Of a stretch of 64,000 nt of DNA, positions 25,573-35,471 are shown piece after piece. How positions within the stretch are numbered: position 1 is the first letter of the stretch; each line of letters opens with the position of its first letter. Position numbers and translations under genes: made by a program. Below the pieces are notes generated by a model that saw only the letters and a program-made list of their open reading frames with translations, ran no database searches and was not told the origin of the DNA. The DNA is taken from IMG/VR virus record IMGVR_UViG_3300037805_000644, positions 1 through 64,000 of that record; one strand, given 5' to 3'.

Positions 25573-26816
25573 GGTGTGAAGCTCGCGAAGTTCAAGATGG
25601 TCATGTTGAGCATGGAGGCACTATGCAAGGCCCCTGCCTCATTGTCCGTCAGGATGGGGAAAGTGTCCCCATCCCCCATCCTGAGCCACGCCTGCATGTC
25701 TGCCACGAAAGGCTTGGCGTTCAGATCGTCAGGAGAGCCGCCGTTGTAAAGGCTGGTGACATTGGCACCACTCAGCTCCACATCGAAGTAAGCCCACTCG
25801 TTGATGTAACCCAGCAACCAGTTTGCCTCCCCCTGCCCTCCCTGTGCCCTTCCGATGCGGAAAGACCCGGACCCTCCAGCACTCCCTGTCATGTTGTTTT
25901 CATTCGTGGTGTTTACCTGGAGTGCCCCATCCACATAGATCTTGATCCCGGCCGGGGTCTCCGTGCCGTCATTGGTGACCACGAGGTGGTACCAAGTGTT
26001 CCCGAGAAGGGTGCCGGCCTCAACCTCCAAGCTGGTGTTTTTGCTGTCCTTGAAACGAACTACAAGCTCACCCGAGACCTTGACCTCGAAAGCGATGTTA
26101 TCGTTTTTGGATCCGAAAGCCCAGATGTCGGAATCCACGAGGGTAAGGAGATGCACCCACTGGGAGATCGACCACGCCTGACTGGAGTCCCGCTCAATAG
26201 CCGCAGTGGTCGTGACATCAAGGTACTGCTTGAAACTAGGACCGTCAAAGCGTACTGAGTTGGTGTCCGAAAACCCCGGCCCAGATGCCAGCACCGTGAG
26301 GTTCAGATTGGCGGTGGTGGTCCCGTTCCCGTTGACTGCGGTGATCGGAATCACCACGGCACCCACAACTGTGGTCGATCCAAAAATGGTGCCCAGCTCA
26401 TTGTTGACGGCCAGGCCAAGGGGCAGCCCTGAGGCGTCAAAGTAAGTGGGGCCCTCTGTGGCGACAATCTGGTAATTGAAAGGCTGGCTTGCCACCACAC
26501 TCTCAGTGAGAGAGGAGGTGATCGTGGGCTTGTTCCCCCCGGGGCCCCCGCCAGCCAGGGCGTTGAACTCGGCGTTGAGGTAATTGACCACCTCGCCCAC
26601 GTTCGCACCCGCCGCCGTTCCGTCCTGTTTCAGTACCTCCGTGAAAGGTGCGGAAGCAATCTCCCGCCACCCCACGGGTCCATGCAGGTCGTAGATGTCG
26701 ATGAGGCCATCATCATCCTCAACTGCCTGGAGCGAGTTGGTGAATTTGGTGGCGACAGTGGAGGGGTCAAACACCACTGACCCTGCCTCATTGTCCCTGT
26801 AGATTTTGACTGCCAC
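25569..26816 (-). CDS. Ig-like plus LamG/ConA domain protein, likely virion-associated
   Basis: PTITS..FNYQIVA..SGLPLGLAVN..GTIFG; WYHLVVT.DG..IYVDG..IGR..GYINE. Confidence 0.8.
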   Translation of the reverse strand: MAVKIYRDNEAGSVVFDPSTVATKFTNSLQAVEDDDGLIDIYDLHGPVGWREIASAPFTEVLKQDGTAAGANVGEVVNYLNAEFNALAGGGPGGNKPTITSSLTESVVASQPFNYQIVATEGPTYFDASGLPLGLAVNNELGTIFGSTTVVGAVVIPITAVNGNGTTTANLNLTVLASGPGFSDTNSVRFDGPSFKQYLDVTTTAAIERDSSQAWSISQWVHLLTLVDSDIWAFGSKNDNIAFEVKVSGELVVRFKDSKNTSLEVEAGTLLGNTWYHLVVTNDGTETPAGIKIYVDGALQVNTTNENNMTGSAGGSGSFRIGRAQGGQGEANWLLGYINEWAYFDVELSGANVTSLYNGGSPDDLNAKPFVADMQAWLRMGDGDTFPILTDNEAGALHSASMLNMTILNFASFTP

Positions 26817-26826
26817 GGTAAAACCC

Positions 26827-27570
26827 TTAGAAGTGCTTGATAAAGAAACCGTTTACCGTCACCGAGGCGGCGGCACTGCACAAGACCTCGATGGTGGCGC
26901 CTGCCGCCAACACCTGTTCTGAGCCGATGTAGAATTGCAGGGTTTCCACTCGGGGGTAAGCAACCCCAGCACCCTCATCGAGAGAGGACAACCCCTTGGT
27001 CAACTGGAATCCCCCAAAGGCAGGGAAATTCAGGCGGACGGACAGCCGTGCGTTGTTCACTGTCGGTGTGACGGTGAAGTCTGCACGAAACAGCAGCACA
27101 TCACCCACCGTCAGGTCATCAAACAGGAGGGCGTTCCCCACGGTGTCCCACAGCTCCTCAACACCTGTCGGTGCCCAGGTTTTGGTGGTCTGGGGCCCAA
27201 GGCCATCGTTTGTCAGAGGCGTCCAGGTGTCTGCCACCAGCGCGAGGGGGGCTGCGATTGTCCCCAGATCGTTGTAATCCATGAAACCAAACCACTCCTG
27301 GGTGGCTCGGTGCATTTCGGACCCCACTTTGAAGAGTGCTGTGATCAACCCCCGATCAATGAACCCCCGTAGGACTCCGCTCTCGTAAGAGGCTGCCACG
27401 TCGCTGGAGTAAAACAACTCCAGCGTTCCCGTGGTCGGGACATAGACGCCACCAGCCCGGACGGAACCGCCAGCCCGGCCCCTCCCCAGGTCATTAACCA
27501 CGATGTCCTGGATCAGCAAGGGTGCCGCGCCCCCAACCAGGGTTACCTCAATGTATGGTCCAAAAGCCAT
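26827..27570 (-). CDS. Putative structural beta-rich protein
   Basis: GAGGAGG SD; jelly-roll-like composition. Confidence 0.55.
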   Translation of the reverse strand: MAFGPYIEVTLVGGAAPLLIQDIVVNDLGRGRAGGSVRAGGVYVPTTGTLELFYSSDVAASYESGVLRGFIDRGLITALFKVGSEMHRATQEWFGFMDYNDLGTIAAPLALVADTWTPLTNDGLGPQTTKTWAPTGVEELWDTVGNALLFDDLTVGDVLLFRADFTVTPTVNNARLSVRLNFPAFGGFQLTKGLSSLDEGAGVAYPRVETLQFYIGSEQVLAAGATIEVLCSAAASVTVNGFFIKHF

Positions 27571-27608
27571 GCTCAGCCCTCCTCATAGAACACCCGTGGA
27601 TAATCAAA

Positions 27609-28406
27609 TTATTCACGGTAAGGCTCAAAGCCCTCCTGGGCAACCCAGAAATCCTTGGAGGTGGGGGAAGCAATCAGCTCAGGAGACACGAGGCCATACC
27701 CGTCATCTCCCCAGGTCACCCCCCAGGAGTTCTCGATGAGGAACATGCCGTCCACATAGCCCACGATAACGACGGCATGGAGACCTACCCGGTCCTCTCG
27801 GGGGACCGGCTTGAGGGGGACCAGGGGACCTTTGCTCTTGTAGTGCTGGTACCAGTTGTCCCCCACATTGGTGCCGAACACCACAGGGTTTCCCGCCCGC
27901 AAGCAGTTGATCACCTCGGTGACCCGAGCGGCACCCGTGGACCGGATTTTGAAATAGCTCTCGATCTTGTGGAGGTAAGCAACCCGCAAAGACATGAAGC
28001 TCGGGGGGGTGTTCACCTTGTCGAGGTCGAACGGCCAGTTGGCCTCAGGGGGCACACCGAACCGACGCAGCACATTGAAGGCGTGGCTGACATACGTCCC
28101 CTCATCGTTGTGGGTCTCGGGGGGGCTCATCAGCTCTCGGGCCAGGTAATAAACGGCCAGGCGACTCAGATCCACATGGGCTGCCAGGCCGTGCTTCTGG
28201 ATGCGCTTGATCTCCAACGCCTTGATGCAGGCGTTGGCTACACAAGAGTTGGACCACCTCTGGTCATGGCGGGGCCCCGAGAAAGGGCGGAGGTCAGCAT
28301 CGCCGGAATCCTCATAAACCATTTGTGCCTTGAGGCTGTCCTCATACGACCAATGGCTAGGGTTGTCCGGTTCCTCCCGGAACCCCTTCAACGTGATCGG
28401 GTTCAT
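27609..28406 (-). CDS. Papain-like (C1) cysteine peptidase
   Basis: DQ..SNSCVANA, HAVVIVGY, ENSWG..WGDDGYG. Confidence 0.9.
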   Translation of the reverse strand: MNPITLKGFREEPDNPSHWSYEDSLKAQMVYEDSGDADLRPFSGPRHDQRWSNSCVANACIKALEIKRIQKHGLAAHVDLSRLAVYYLARELMSPPETHNDEGTYVSHAFNVLRRFGVPPEANWPFDLDKVNTPPSFMSLRVAYLHKIESYFKIRSTGAARVTEVINCLRAGNPVVFGTNVGDNWYQHYKSKGPLVPLKPVPREDRVGLHAVVIVGYVDGMFLIENSWGVTWGDDGYGLVSPELIASPTSKDFWVAQEGFEPYRE

Positions 28407-28656
28407 CGTGGATCCTCACCTGTTTGAAATAACCAGAAGCCCCGGGGAGTACCCTCTCCAGCTCGGGGATAGGGCAACCCTTGGCGCAGAACGACTTGGA
28501 GCATCCTGCCTTATGGACCAGGATCACATTGGCACCAAACCCACCAGAGGGCAAGCGGCTGCCATCAATGTTGACGGCACCTGTCCCGTGGGTTTCAACA
28601 TTGGCGACGATACTGGGCTCGCCGAGGGGCTTGCGGAGCATGTGGATCACGTACAT
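28357..28656 (-). CDS. Methyltransferase fragment B (central region)
   Basis: LRKPL..SIVANV..HGTGAVNIDGSR..ANVIL.H..C..GCPI..L..GASGYF. Confidence 0.75.
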   Translation of the reverse strand: MYVIHMLRKPLGEPSIVANVETHGTGAVNIDGSRLPSGGFGANVILVHKAGCSKSFCAKGCPIPELERVLPGASGYFKQVRIHDEPDHVEGVPGGTGQP

Positions 28657-30500
28657 CAGTCTTCCCCAAACATGGCGTCAAACAGGTCGGGCTCTTCGGG
28701 ATCAGGCTCGCTTTCGTGCCTCTGATCAGTTGCCAGATCGAGCTTGCGGTACCCGGGGAGCCTTTGGTCCCAGTGCTCAATGCGGTTGGTGGAGATCTCC
28801 ACGTACTCCGGGGTCATGTCGATGCCCGTGAAATCGTGGCCTGTCCTCAAGCAGGCAACTCCTGTGCTGCCTGACCCCATGAAAGGGTCCACCACCCGGC
28901 CCCTTGGCACATCCCGCAGCAGGGTCTGCATGAGCCTCCAGGGTTTTACTGTGTTGTGACTCATCCCTACTGCCGTCTGAAACGTAGGGCAGTCCCGTAC
29001 CGTGAGGTTCCACACATCACCTTTGTAAGGGGTCGGGGTGATCCCTTGAACATAGGAGAGCCGGTATTCCACGCTTTCATGTTCCAGGATGGTGGGTCGG
29101 GTAGGTTTACGGCGCTCCTGCTCCCGGTCCAAGGCGTAAAAGCGCATTTGGTACGACGGCAGGGTCTCCTTGAACTTCCGACTCCCAATTTTGCCCGGCT
29201 GCGCCCCATAGCGGTGCAGGTTGCCCTTAGACCCCAGGGCCTCCCCCAGCAAACGCATCTGCGAGGCGAGATCTGGAGAGACGGTTTTAGCCTGGCGGTA
29301 TGTCCTCACCTTGCCGCCATCTCCTGCCATGTACCCCTCGAACACTGCTTGCCAAGTGGACCGCTGCCGTTGCCAGATCGTGGGGGGTAGCCGCTTGTTC
29401 GACGCCCCACACGGGGACCATTCCCGGAACTGCCCCCCGACCTCCGGGTCGAACCCGATGACCTGGACTGCCTTGGTTCCCTTTTTCGGGTACTCCCCCA
29501 GATTGAATCCCCGACCCTCAAAAAACCGACGAAGCCGGTTGATGTAGTCCGTCTCGTCCTGGTGGAGAGTGAACGAGGGGTACACGTTGGAACCGTGTCC
29601 CGCACGCTGGAGCACACCCTCTGCCAGCCACAACCCGAATACCCACCACCACTCATCCGGCCGGTCGTCCTTGATCCCTATGTCCACCAGCAGAGGGGTC
29701 ATCGTGTAATCCCCTCTGCGGATCGCTTGAGCCTCCACCCACCCCACGTTACCGCCGGTGATGTTCTTGCCTTTCCGGGTGGGCCTCCAGATGAGGAACG
29801 GGTGGTTGTCTGATGCCAGGGTGGTGTAGTTCGTCCCCTGCACTGCGATCTCGTACAGGTGGTCGCTAGTGTACGGGTGGTGGCTGATGTCCTCAATGGC
29901 GTGGAAACGCCCATCCGACCCCAACACCCGGTGGGCCAGGGTGACCTCAGAGATGGGCCGGTACCCTTGTTCTGTCATCACGAAAGCATCAGGGTGCAGG
30001 CAAGGGTGGTGATTCTTGACCCCCTGGGCCGTTCGGGAAGCCCCTGCCCGAGGGCTCTTGAGGCCGTCCGACCCTTCCTTACGCCCAGTGGCAGCGGCGC
30101 CAGTCTGCTCAGGTAGACCCTGGCACCCTGCCTCACGCTCAGCTCGGCTGACCTTGGCCATGTAGTGGAAAGGATCGGAGGCGTCATCGACCACCAGGAA
30201 CGTATCCCGGACCTGGAAGCCCCCGTCCTCCAGGTTGACCGCCCCCTTGTGCCCAATGGGGTTGTCCTCAGGGGCAACCACCATGAGGTGCGCCCCCGGC
30301 TTGAGGACCCTCAGCAGTTGGACGGTCATGGCCTTGTCAGGGGTCCCCACGACGAGGAGACCTGTTAGGGCTCCATCGGCGATGGAGCCCCAGTCCACCT
30401 TGGACATGTTGGGGATGAACACTGCCTCAAGATAGGGCTCGGGAGGGCTCAGGAACGTCCGTAGATAGTCGGACAAGCCCTTGGGGATAGGACGGCTCAT
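28656..30500 (-). CDS. Methyltransferase fragment C (SAM-binding half) with intein
   Basis: Degenerate LRVLKPGAHL..EDGGFQVRD; FHYMAKVSRAEREAG..NHHP|TVKP..VVDPFMGSGSTG; no DPPY. Confidence 0.85.
   Translation of the reverse strand: MSRPIPKGLSDYLRTFLSPPEPYLEAVFIPNMSKVDWGSIADGALTGLLVVGTPDKAMTVQLLRVLKPGAHLMVVAPEDNPIGHKGAVNLEDGGFQVRDTFLVVDDASDPFHYMAKVSRAEREAGCQGLPEQTGAAATGRKEGSDGLKSPRAGASRTAQGVKNHHPCLHPDAFVMTEQGYRPISEVTLAHRVLGSDGRFHAIEDISHHPYTSDHLYEIAVQGTNYTTLASDNHPFLIWRPTRKGKNITGGNVGWVEAQAIRRGDYTMTPLLVDIGIKDDRPDEWWWVFGLWLAEGVLQRAGHGSNVYPSFTLHQDETDYINRLRRFFEGRGFNLGEYPKKGTKAVQVIGFDPEVGGQFREWSPCGASNKRLPPTIWQRQRSTWQAVFEGYMAGDGGKVRTYRQAKTVSPDLASQMRLLGEALGSKGNLHRYGAQPGKIGSRKFKETLPSYQMRFYALDREQERRKPTRPTILEHESVEYRLSYVQGITPTPYKGDVWNLTVRDCPTFQTAVGMSHNTVKPWRLMQTLLRDVPRGRVVDPFMGSGSTGVACLRTGHDFTGIDMTPEYVEISTNRIEHWDQRLPGYRKLDLATDQRHESEPDPEEPDLFDAMFGED
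28953..30002 (-). mobile_element. Intein (350 aa) with LAGLIDADG endonuclease
   Basis: CLHPDAFV...MSHN|T; FGLWLAEG and FEGYMAGDG. Confidence 0.92.
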
Positions 30501-30539
30501 GTCTCAGCCCTGGGGGCGCTGAGTGTGCCCTCAGGGGCG

Positions 30540-30899
30540 TCAGTGGTTGTGTGGGTCCCCATCGGTGTGCTCCTTCTCGCAAAGCGTACAAGTCAGAGTA
30601 TCTACCCGGCAACCCATCGAAAGGTACCGGGGAGCACTTTGGGGTATCGACCCTCCAGGGGCCATCACGGGGTAAACCCCCGTGACGAAGGGCTTACCCG
30701 CCTGGCCGCACCCTTCGGCAAAGCACGCCCATTCGGAGTTGGAGGTGGACTCCATCAAGGTGCGGCATTCGGAGCACTGAGGCGCCGGCACAAAGCTCAC
30801 TGAGTGGAACTGGATCCCCTCCTTGCTGATTCGTGTGTCGGGTCCAAGCTGGACGGCGAGCCCCTGGACCGGGGTCTTTTCAATCGGAGTTCGGTTCAT
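30540..30899 (-). CDS. Zn-finger hypothetical protein
   Basis: CSEC..C..C and CTLC..H; AGGAG SD. Confidence 0.6.
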   Translation of the reverse strand: MNRTPIEKTPVQGLAVQLGPDTRISKEGIQFHSVSFVPAPQCSECRTLMESTSNSEWACFAEGCGQAGKPFVTGVYPVMAPGGSIPQSAPRYLSMGCRVDTLTCTLCEKEHTDGDPHNH

Positions 30900-30909
30900 C
30901 TGTCAGCTC

Positions 30910-32463
30910 CTATTCGAGGGAATCCATGAGGGCGTCAATTTCCAACTGGTTCTCAGGGGACTGACTGCCTCCCCCACCCCCACTGGCTTCCATGCCGGGG
31001 GGTAGATCGTGACAGGTCAGGAGCCGCCTACAGGCCCACTCTACTCGGGCGAGGAAAATGTTGAAGGGGGCTTGGTCACGGGATTTCAGGCACTGGAATT
31101 GAACTCGGTTAACCTCACGCAGGTCATCATCAGTCCAGGTGGCTGTCACGATGTCGGCTGAGCGTTCCGCTTCGTTTGCGTAACTCAGGTGGGTGAGGTC
31201 ATAACGGGCTTGTTCGGTTTTCTCCTTGCGTTTCATCGCCGCCTTGTAGCCTTCGCGGTTGATCTGGAAAAGGGCTACGACGGCAATGCCCATGCCTCGG
31301 TTGAAAGACATGGCGAGCCGCTTGAGATCTCGAATGACCTCGTTCAACCGCTCCGTCGTGGAGCTGGACCATTTCCGGGGGGACATGAGGCCCACATGGT
31401 CCACGAAAATAGTGGCAAAGGGGGACTTGGCGAACAGGATCTCGCACTTCGAGCGGAGGTCCGCCACGGTGAAGTCAGACTTCTCTGGATCACCGACCTC
31501 GATATGGATCTTGCCGTACTCGTTGGCGGGGTTGTTAAAATCCGGCACCACATGCTGAAACAGGAACTCTTTCTCTGCGGGTTCCAGGATGCCGTCTCGG
31601 ATCTTCTGGTACTCCAGACCCATCGAGAGGTCCGGGTTGCTCTGGAGCCCCAGCTTGTACCGGATGGCCTTGAATTTCTCATGCATGGAGTGCATCGAGT
31701 AAATGATACGACGGCACTGGTTGTACGGCATCTCCAGCGAGAAAATGATCGAGTCGTGGCGGTAATAGATGGCCTGGTTGTACATCCAGTTGAGCGCGAA
31801 GGTGGACTTGAGGCCACCCGTGAAAGCGGCATGGATCCACAGCTCGTACCGCTTGGCCCCACTCAGGGCTACGTCCGCTTGCTGGAGCCCGGACATCTGA
31901 CCGACACCTGCCAGCGGGTCTGCCTCAATGCGCTCGTACTCAGCCTTGAAGTCCTCACCATCCGTGGTCACCTCACCGCTCAGCCTGGTGCCCAGGGTCG
32001 GAGTCACGATGTCGTGGCTCTTGTCCATGATGTACCGGGCGGCGTCAATGGGCCCCTTGAGGTGGCGTTCCTCCTTGCCCTCCTTGATGATGATGCCGCT
32101 CGTTGTGATGGCGGCAGCCTCTTTGAGGATTTCCTCCCAGCGGCGGCGGCGGCGGTCGTCGGCCTTGTCCTCCAACCGCTTGAGGAAGTCCCCTTTGGTG
32201 CGGGCAGCAACAGGGCTGAGCACCGTCTCCAGACGGTCTACAATCTCCGTCTCCCCGCCCCGCTGGAAATGCTGGCGGAGGGTGTCGATGTTGGGGACGT
32301 GGTTGTGTGACCGGACGAAAGACCGGATGAAATTCCAGAGGGCGATGTCCTCGGGGATGTCGAAGCCCAGCTCCGACTCCTGGAGGGCCAAGAAGTTGCG
32401 GAGAAAGAGGGTGTCATTGTCGGCGGGGTTGACTTTGAAGCAAGAGCGGAGAAGGATTTTCAT
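30910..32463 (-). CDS. DnaB-like replicative helicase
   Basis: AFTGGLKST (Walker A), FSLEM, IFVDH, LFQINR, EAERSAD, KSR. Confidence 0.88.
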   Translation of the reverse strand: MKILLRSCFKVNPADNDTLFLRNFLALQESELGFDIPEDIALWNFIRSFVRSHNHVPNIDTLRQHFQRGGETEIVDRLETVLSPVAARTKGDFLKRLEDKADDRRRRRWEEILKEAAAITTSGIIIKEGKEERHLKGPIDAARYIMDKSHDIVTPTLGTRLSGEVTTDGEDFKAEYERIEADPLAGVGQMSGLQQADVALSGAKRYELWIHAAFTGGLKSTFALNWMYNQAIYYRHDSIIFSLEMPYNQCRRIIYSMHSMHEKFKAIRYKLGLQSNPDLSMGLEYQKIRDGILEPAEKEFLFQHVVPDFNNPANEYGKIHIEVGDPEKSDFTVADLRSKCEILFAKSPFATIFVDHVGLMSPRKWSSSTTERLNEVIRDLKRLAMSFNRGMGIAVVALFQINREGYKAAMKRKEKTEQARYDLTHLSYANEAERSADIVTATWTDDDLREVNRVQFQCLKSRDQAPFNIFLARVEWACRRLLTCHDLPPGMEASGGGGGSQSPENQLEIDALMDSLE

Positions 32464-33530
32464 TTCTTGTAACCTCCTTTCCAGGACTGTTTCTTAGGTG
32501 TGGCGGGGGACGTGTCCAGGTTAGGGGGGGCATACTCCTCAGCGGCTGCGGCAATATCATCGCTGATATCGTCGCCACCCTCATCCGTCTCCGCCTTGAA
32601 TGCCCCCGAAGGCATCCGTCCCGGTTTTGCCGCAGAGTTGCTGAGAGATCCCGCCTGGGAGGTCTTCGACCTCGTAGTTGGCAGTGTTGTGGGGATCTCC
32701 GTGGCCCGACCCTCTGACTTGCCAGAGACCCCCGAGTATGCGGAGTTCACTCCCCGGGGCTTGGTGTCCCCTGCCCCTGGGCGATCTTCCTCGGACAAGA
32801 TCCGGTGATCCCACAGCTCCAAGAACTCCCCCACCCTCACGTCAAAGCTGATGTGGCCAGGTGACAGGGGGTACCCTGGGCTGTCCACGATCCAAGTGGC
32901 ACGACCCTGCTGCTCACGGATCTGGAGAGCTTCGAGCAACACCTCAGGGGCTGCCACGTTCCGTGCAGTCTTGACCCCCAGGCGAATGATCAGCAGGTCC
33001 CACCCCTCAACCAAATCCTCGATCCGGCTGTAACGGTCCTCCATCCCCGCAGTCTGCTTATGCATGTGGGCGTCCGCGTCGAACACCTCATTGGCCGAGT
33101 ACAGCCATGCAGAGATGAGACTCACGTCCGTGATGACCTTGAAATTGAAATGACGGCCCTTATCAAAGGCCACCCTACCCAGGTGCTTCTGGAGGTCCTG
33201 TAGGGATGAGGTCAGCCAACAATTGCGCCGCACCATCTCCGCCAGGGGGGTCTCCCGGACAGGTCCGACCTTGGTGAGGCCCTTCCAGCCCCGCTCCATG
33301 TTCATCAGGGTGTCTCGGCGGTGGGTGCAGAGGCACGAGCGGGTCACCTCCCCCACACTGAATGGGGGGCACTCCTCAGGGGGGATCACCACCACTCCGC
33401 GACCGTGACACCGCTTGCAGTCCTTGTGGCCATCCCCCTGGGGGTACTGGTGATCTTGCCGGCCCGGCTTGGCCCGGTTGGAGCCCAGCCCATAGAACAT
33501 CTTGGTGAACGGCTTGATTTTTTGGGTCAT
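32460..33530 (-). CDS. Degenerate DnaC/IstB-like helicase loader
   Basis: N-terminal CxxC..CxC; DLLIIRLG and R...GRATWI; no P-loop; directly upstream of the helicase. Confidence 0.6.
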   Translation of the reverse strand: MTQKIKPFTKMFYGLGSNRAKPGRQDHQYPQGDGHKDCKRCHGRGVVVIPPEECPPFSVGEVTRSCLCTHRRDTLMNMERGWKGLTKVGPVRETPLAEMVRRNCWLTSSLQDLQKHLGRVAFDKGRHFNFKVITDVSLISAWLYSANEVFDADAHMHKQTAGMEDRYSRIEDLVEGWDLLIIRLGVKTARNVAAPEVLLEALQIREQQGRATWIVDSPGYPLSPGHISFDVRVGEFLELWDHRILSEEDRPGAGDTKPRGVNSAYSGVSGKSEGRATEIPTTLPTTRSKTSQAGSLSNSAAKPGRMPSGAFKAETDEGGDDISDDIAAAAEEYAPPNLDTSPATPKKQSWKGGYKK

Positions 33531-33532
33531 CC

Positions 33533-35362
33533 TCAGTCCTCGAACAAGGAGTCTAGGTCTTCGTCGTCGTCGGCGAAGGCCGCCAGGAGAGCCGTGCTCT
33601 TCTGGGTTTTCTCCTGGGCTGGCCCCTTCTTTCGGGCCTTCGGGGTGGTCTTACGCTTTTTAGGCTTGAGACCAGCCTCCGCCCGAGCCTCATTTTCCAG
33701 GCTGGCGTAAATCAGGGAGACCTCGGGGGTCGCGTCGATGATGCGGATCTCGTCGGACTCGGTGGTGCCCTTGATGCGCTCACCCAGGACAGCCTCCACC
33801 AGCTCCATCTTCTTGTTCAGGACCTCAATCACCTGGTGGTCAATGGTTTTCCAGGCTCGCTTCGATTCATGTCGCCGGGACACCAGGTGGATGGCGTAAC
33901 AGCGATCATGGATTGACCCGATACGGATCATCCGACCCAACACCTGGAGGTATTCCCCCGCAGACCAGGGGGTGTCAAAAAAGATGATGGCCTTGGCGGA
34001 CTGGAGGTTGATGGCCTCACCCCCCGCCGAGGTGATGCAGATCACACGCACGGGAGAGGCGGCTGCCTGGAACCGTTTCTTGGACTCGTTACGCTGCTTG
34101 GAGTTCTCATCTCCGGTGACTCGAACAACCCGCTGCGTCTTGTCCTTTTTAGAGGTGGACAGAGCTTTCTCGATGGCCGGGACCATGAGGTCCACCATCG
34201 ATTTGAACCTGGTGAAGATGATTACATTCTCACCCTCGAAATCCTCGGTCAGCAGCTCCAGCAGCCTGTTGAGCTTGGTGCTGGGCCCCTCACAGTTCAG
34301 CAGCTCAAGGTGGTTCACCGCCTGCTGGTAATAGATGAGAGCGGTGAGCTTCGAGACCTCACGCTCCTCATAGAGGGTGTCGTTGCCCTCCCCAATCGTG
34401 ACCATGCCGGTCATGATCTCGGTGTACTTAGCCTCCTGGGCCTTGGACATGGGGATCTCAATGTTTTTCTGGATCAGCGCCGGCAGCTCGTCAGCCACGT
34501 CATGCTTGGGTCGGCCCAGGTAGAACGGATCAATGGTCGCCTTGAACTCCGCGATCCGCTCAGGCTCATACCCGATGACCTTAGGGACCCTCCGCCCCCG
34601 GCCGATCATGACCGTTTCCGTGATGCAGTAATGGGTTTGGAATTGAGTTACCCGGTTGTCGAAAAGCCCCGGGACTACCACTCGATAGATGGAGTACCCC
34701 TCGACGAGGTTGTTCTTGATCAGCGTGGCTGTCGCGGCCCAGACCCTCTCCGAGTTGTTGGCCAGGTGGCACACCACCTGGTGGGTCTGGCTGGTGATGG
34801 TCTTGTACGCGGTGGCCTCATCGGTGATGAGGATGTACCCCTTGTAATCCTGAAAGCGCCCGAAATCCTGCCACGCTTTCTTGTAATTCATCACCAGGAC
34901 CTTGGGGTCCTCAGCGGCCAGGAACGCCTCCCAGACCTCCCCTCGCCGGTCCCGAACCACACCCTTGCTGTTCTTGGTCTTGGTCCCCTCATAGAGGAAA
35001 GCTTGAACCCCCTCAGTGAACTTGTTGAACTCATCCACCCACTGGGGGGCCGAGGACTTGGTCGTCAGGATAATTGCGGGGATCTGGGGGGTTTTCTCCC
35101 AGATCAGGCAGAGTGCGGCGATGATCTCCAGGGTCTTACCGAGCCCCGTATCATCGCCCACCACAAACCGCTTCATGGCCGCCAGATGGATGGCCATCTG
35201 GACCTGGTAATAGCGGACGGTGAGCTTGCGCTCATTGCCATCAATGTCGAGGAAAGTGTCTCGAAGGTGCTTTGACGAAGGGAGGCTGAGATCAGTCCTC
35301 TCCCTTAGCTTCTTGAGCTTGCCGTAAAGCTTGTCGAGTCGTTCATTCGGTGGGAGTGCCAA
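33533..35362 (-). CDS. SNF2-family helicase
   Basis: DDTGLGKT, DEAT, TAT, GEAINLQ, QVLGRMIRIG. Confidence 0.92.
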   Translation of the reverse strand: MALPPNERLDKLYGKLKKLRERTDLSLPSSKHLRDTFLDIDGNERKLTVRYYQVQMAIHLAAMKRFVVGDDTGLGKTLEIIAALCLIWEKTPQIPAIILTTKSSAPQWVDEFNKFTEGVQAFLYEGTKTKNSKGVVRDRRGEVWEAFLAAEDPKVLVMNYKKAWQDFGRFQDYKGYILITDEATAYKTITSQTHQVVCHLANNSERVWAATATLIKNNLVEGYSIYRVVVPGLFDNRVTQFQTHYCITETVMIGRGRRVPKVIGYEPERIAEFKATIDPFYLGRPKHDVADELPALIQKNIEIPMSKAQEAKYTEIMTGMVTIGEGNDTLYEEREVSKLTALIYYQQAVNHLELLNCEGPSTKLNRLLELLTEDFEGENVIIFTRFKSMVDLMVPAIEKALSTSKKDKTQRVVRVTGDENSKQRNESKKRFQAAASPVRVICITSAGGEAINLQSAKAIIFFDTPWSAGEYLQVLGRMIRIGSIHDRCYAIHLVSRRHESKRAWKTIDHQVIEVLNKKMELVEAVLGERIKGTTESDEIRIIDATPEVSLIYASLENEARAEAGLKPKKRKTTPKARKKGPAQEKTQKSTALLAAFADDDEDLDSLFED

Positions 35363-35471
35363 GCCTGTCCTCCAAGGGGTCTTCCCTTGGTTACCCGGCT
35401 GGCAGGGGGATTGGTCTACCGGCGGGTCAGATCATTCAGTATGGGTCCGTATCCCGTACAGCCCAGAGGGA

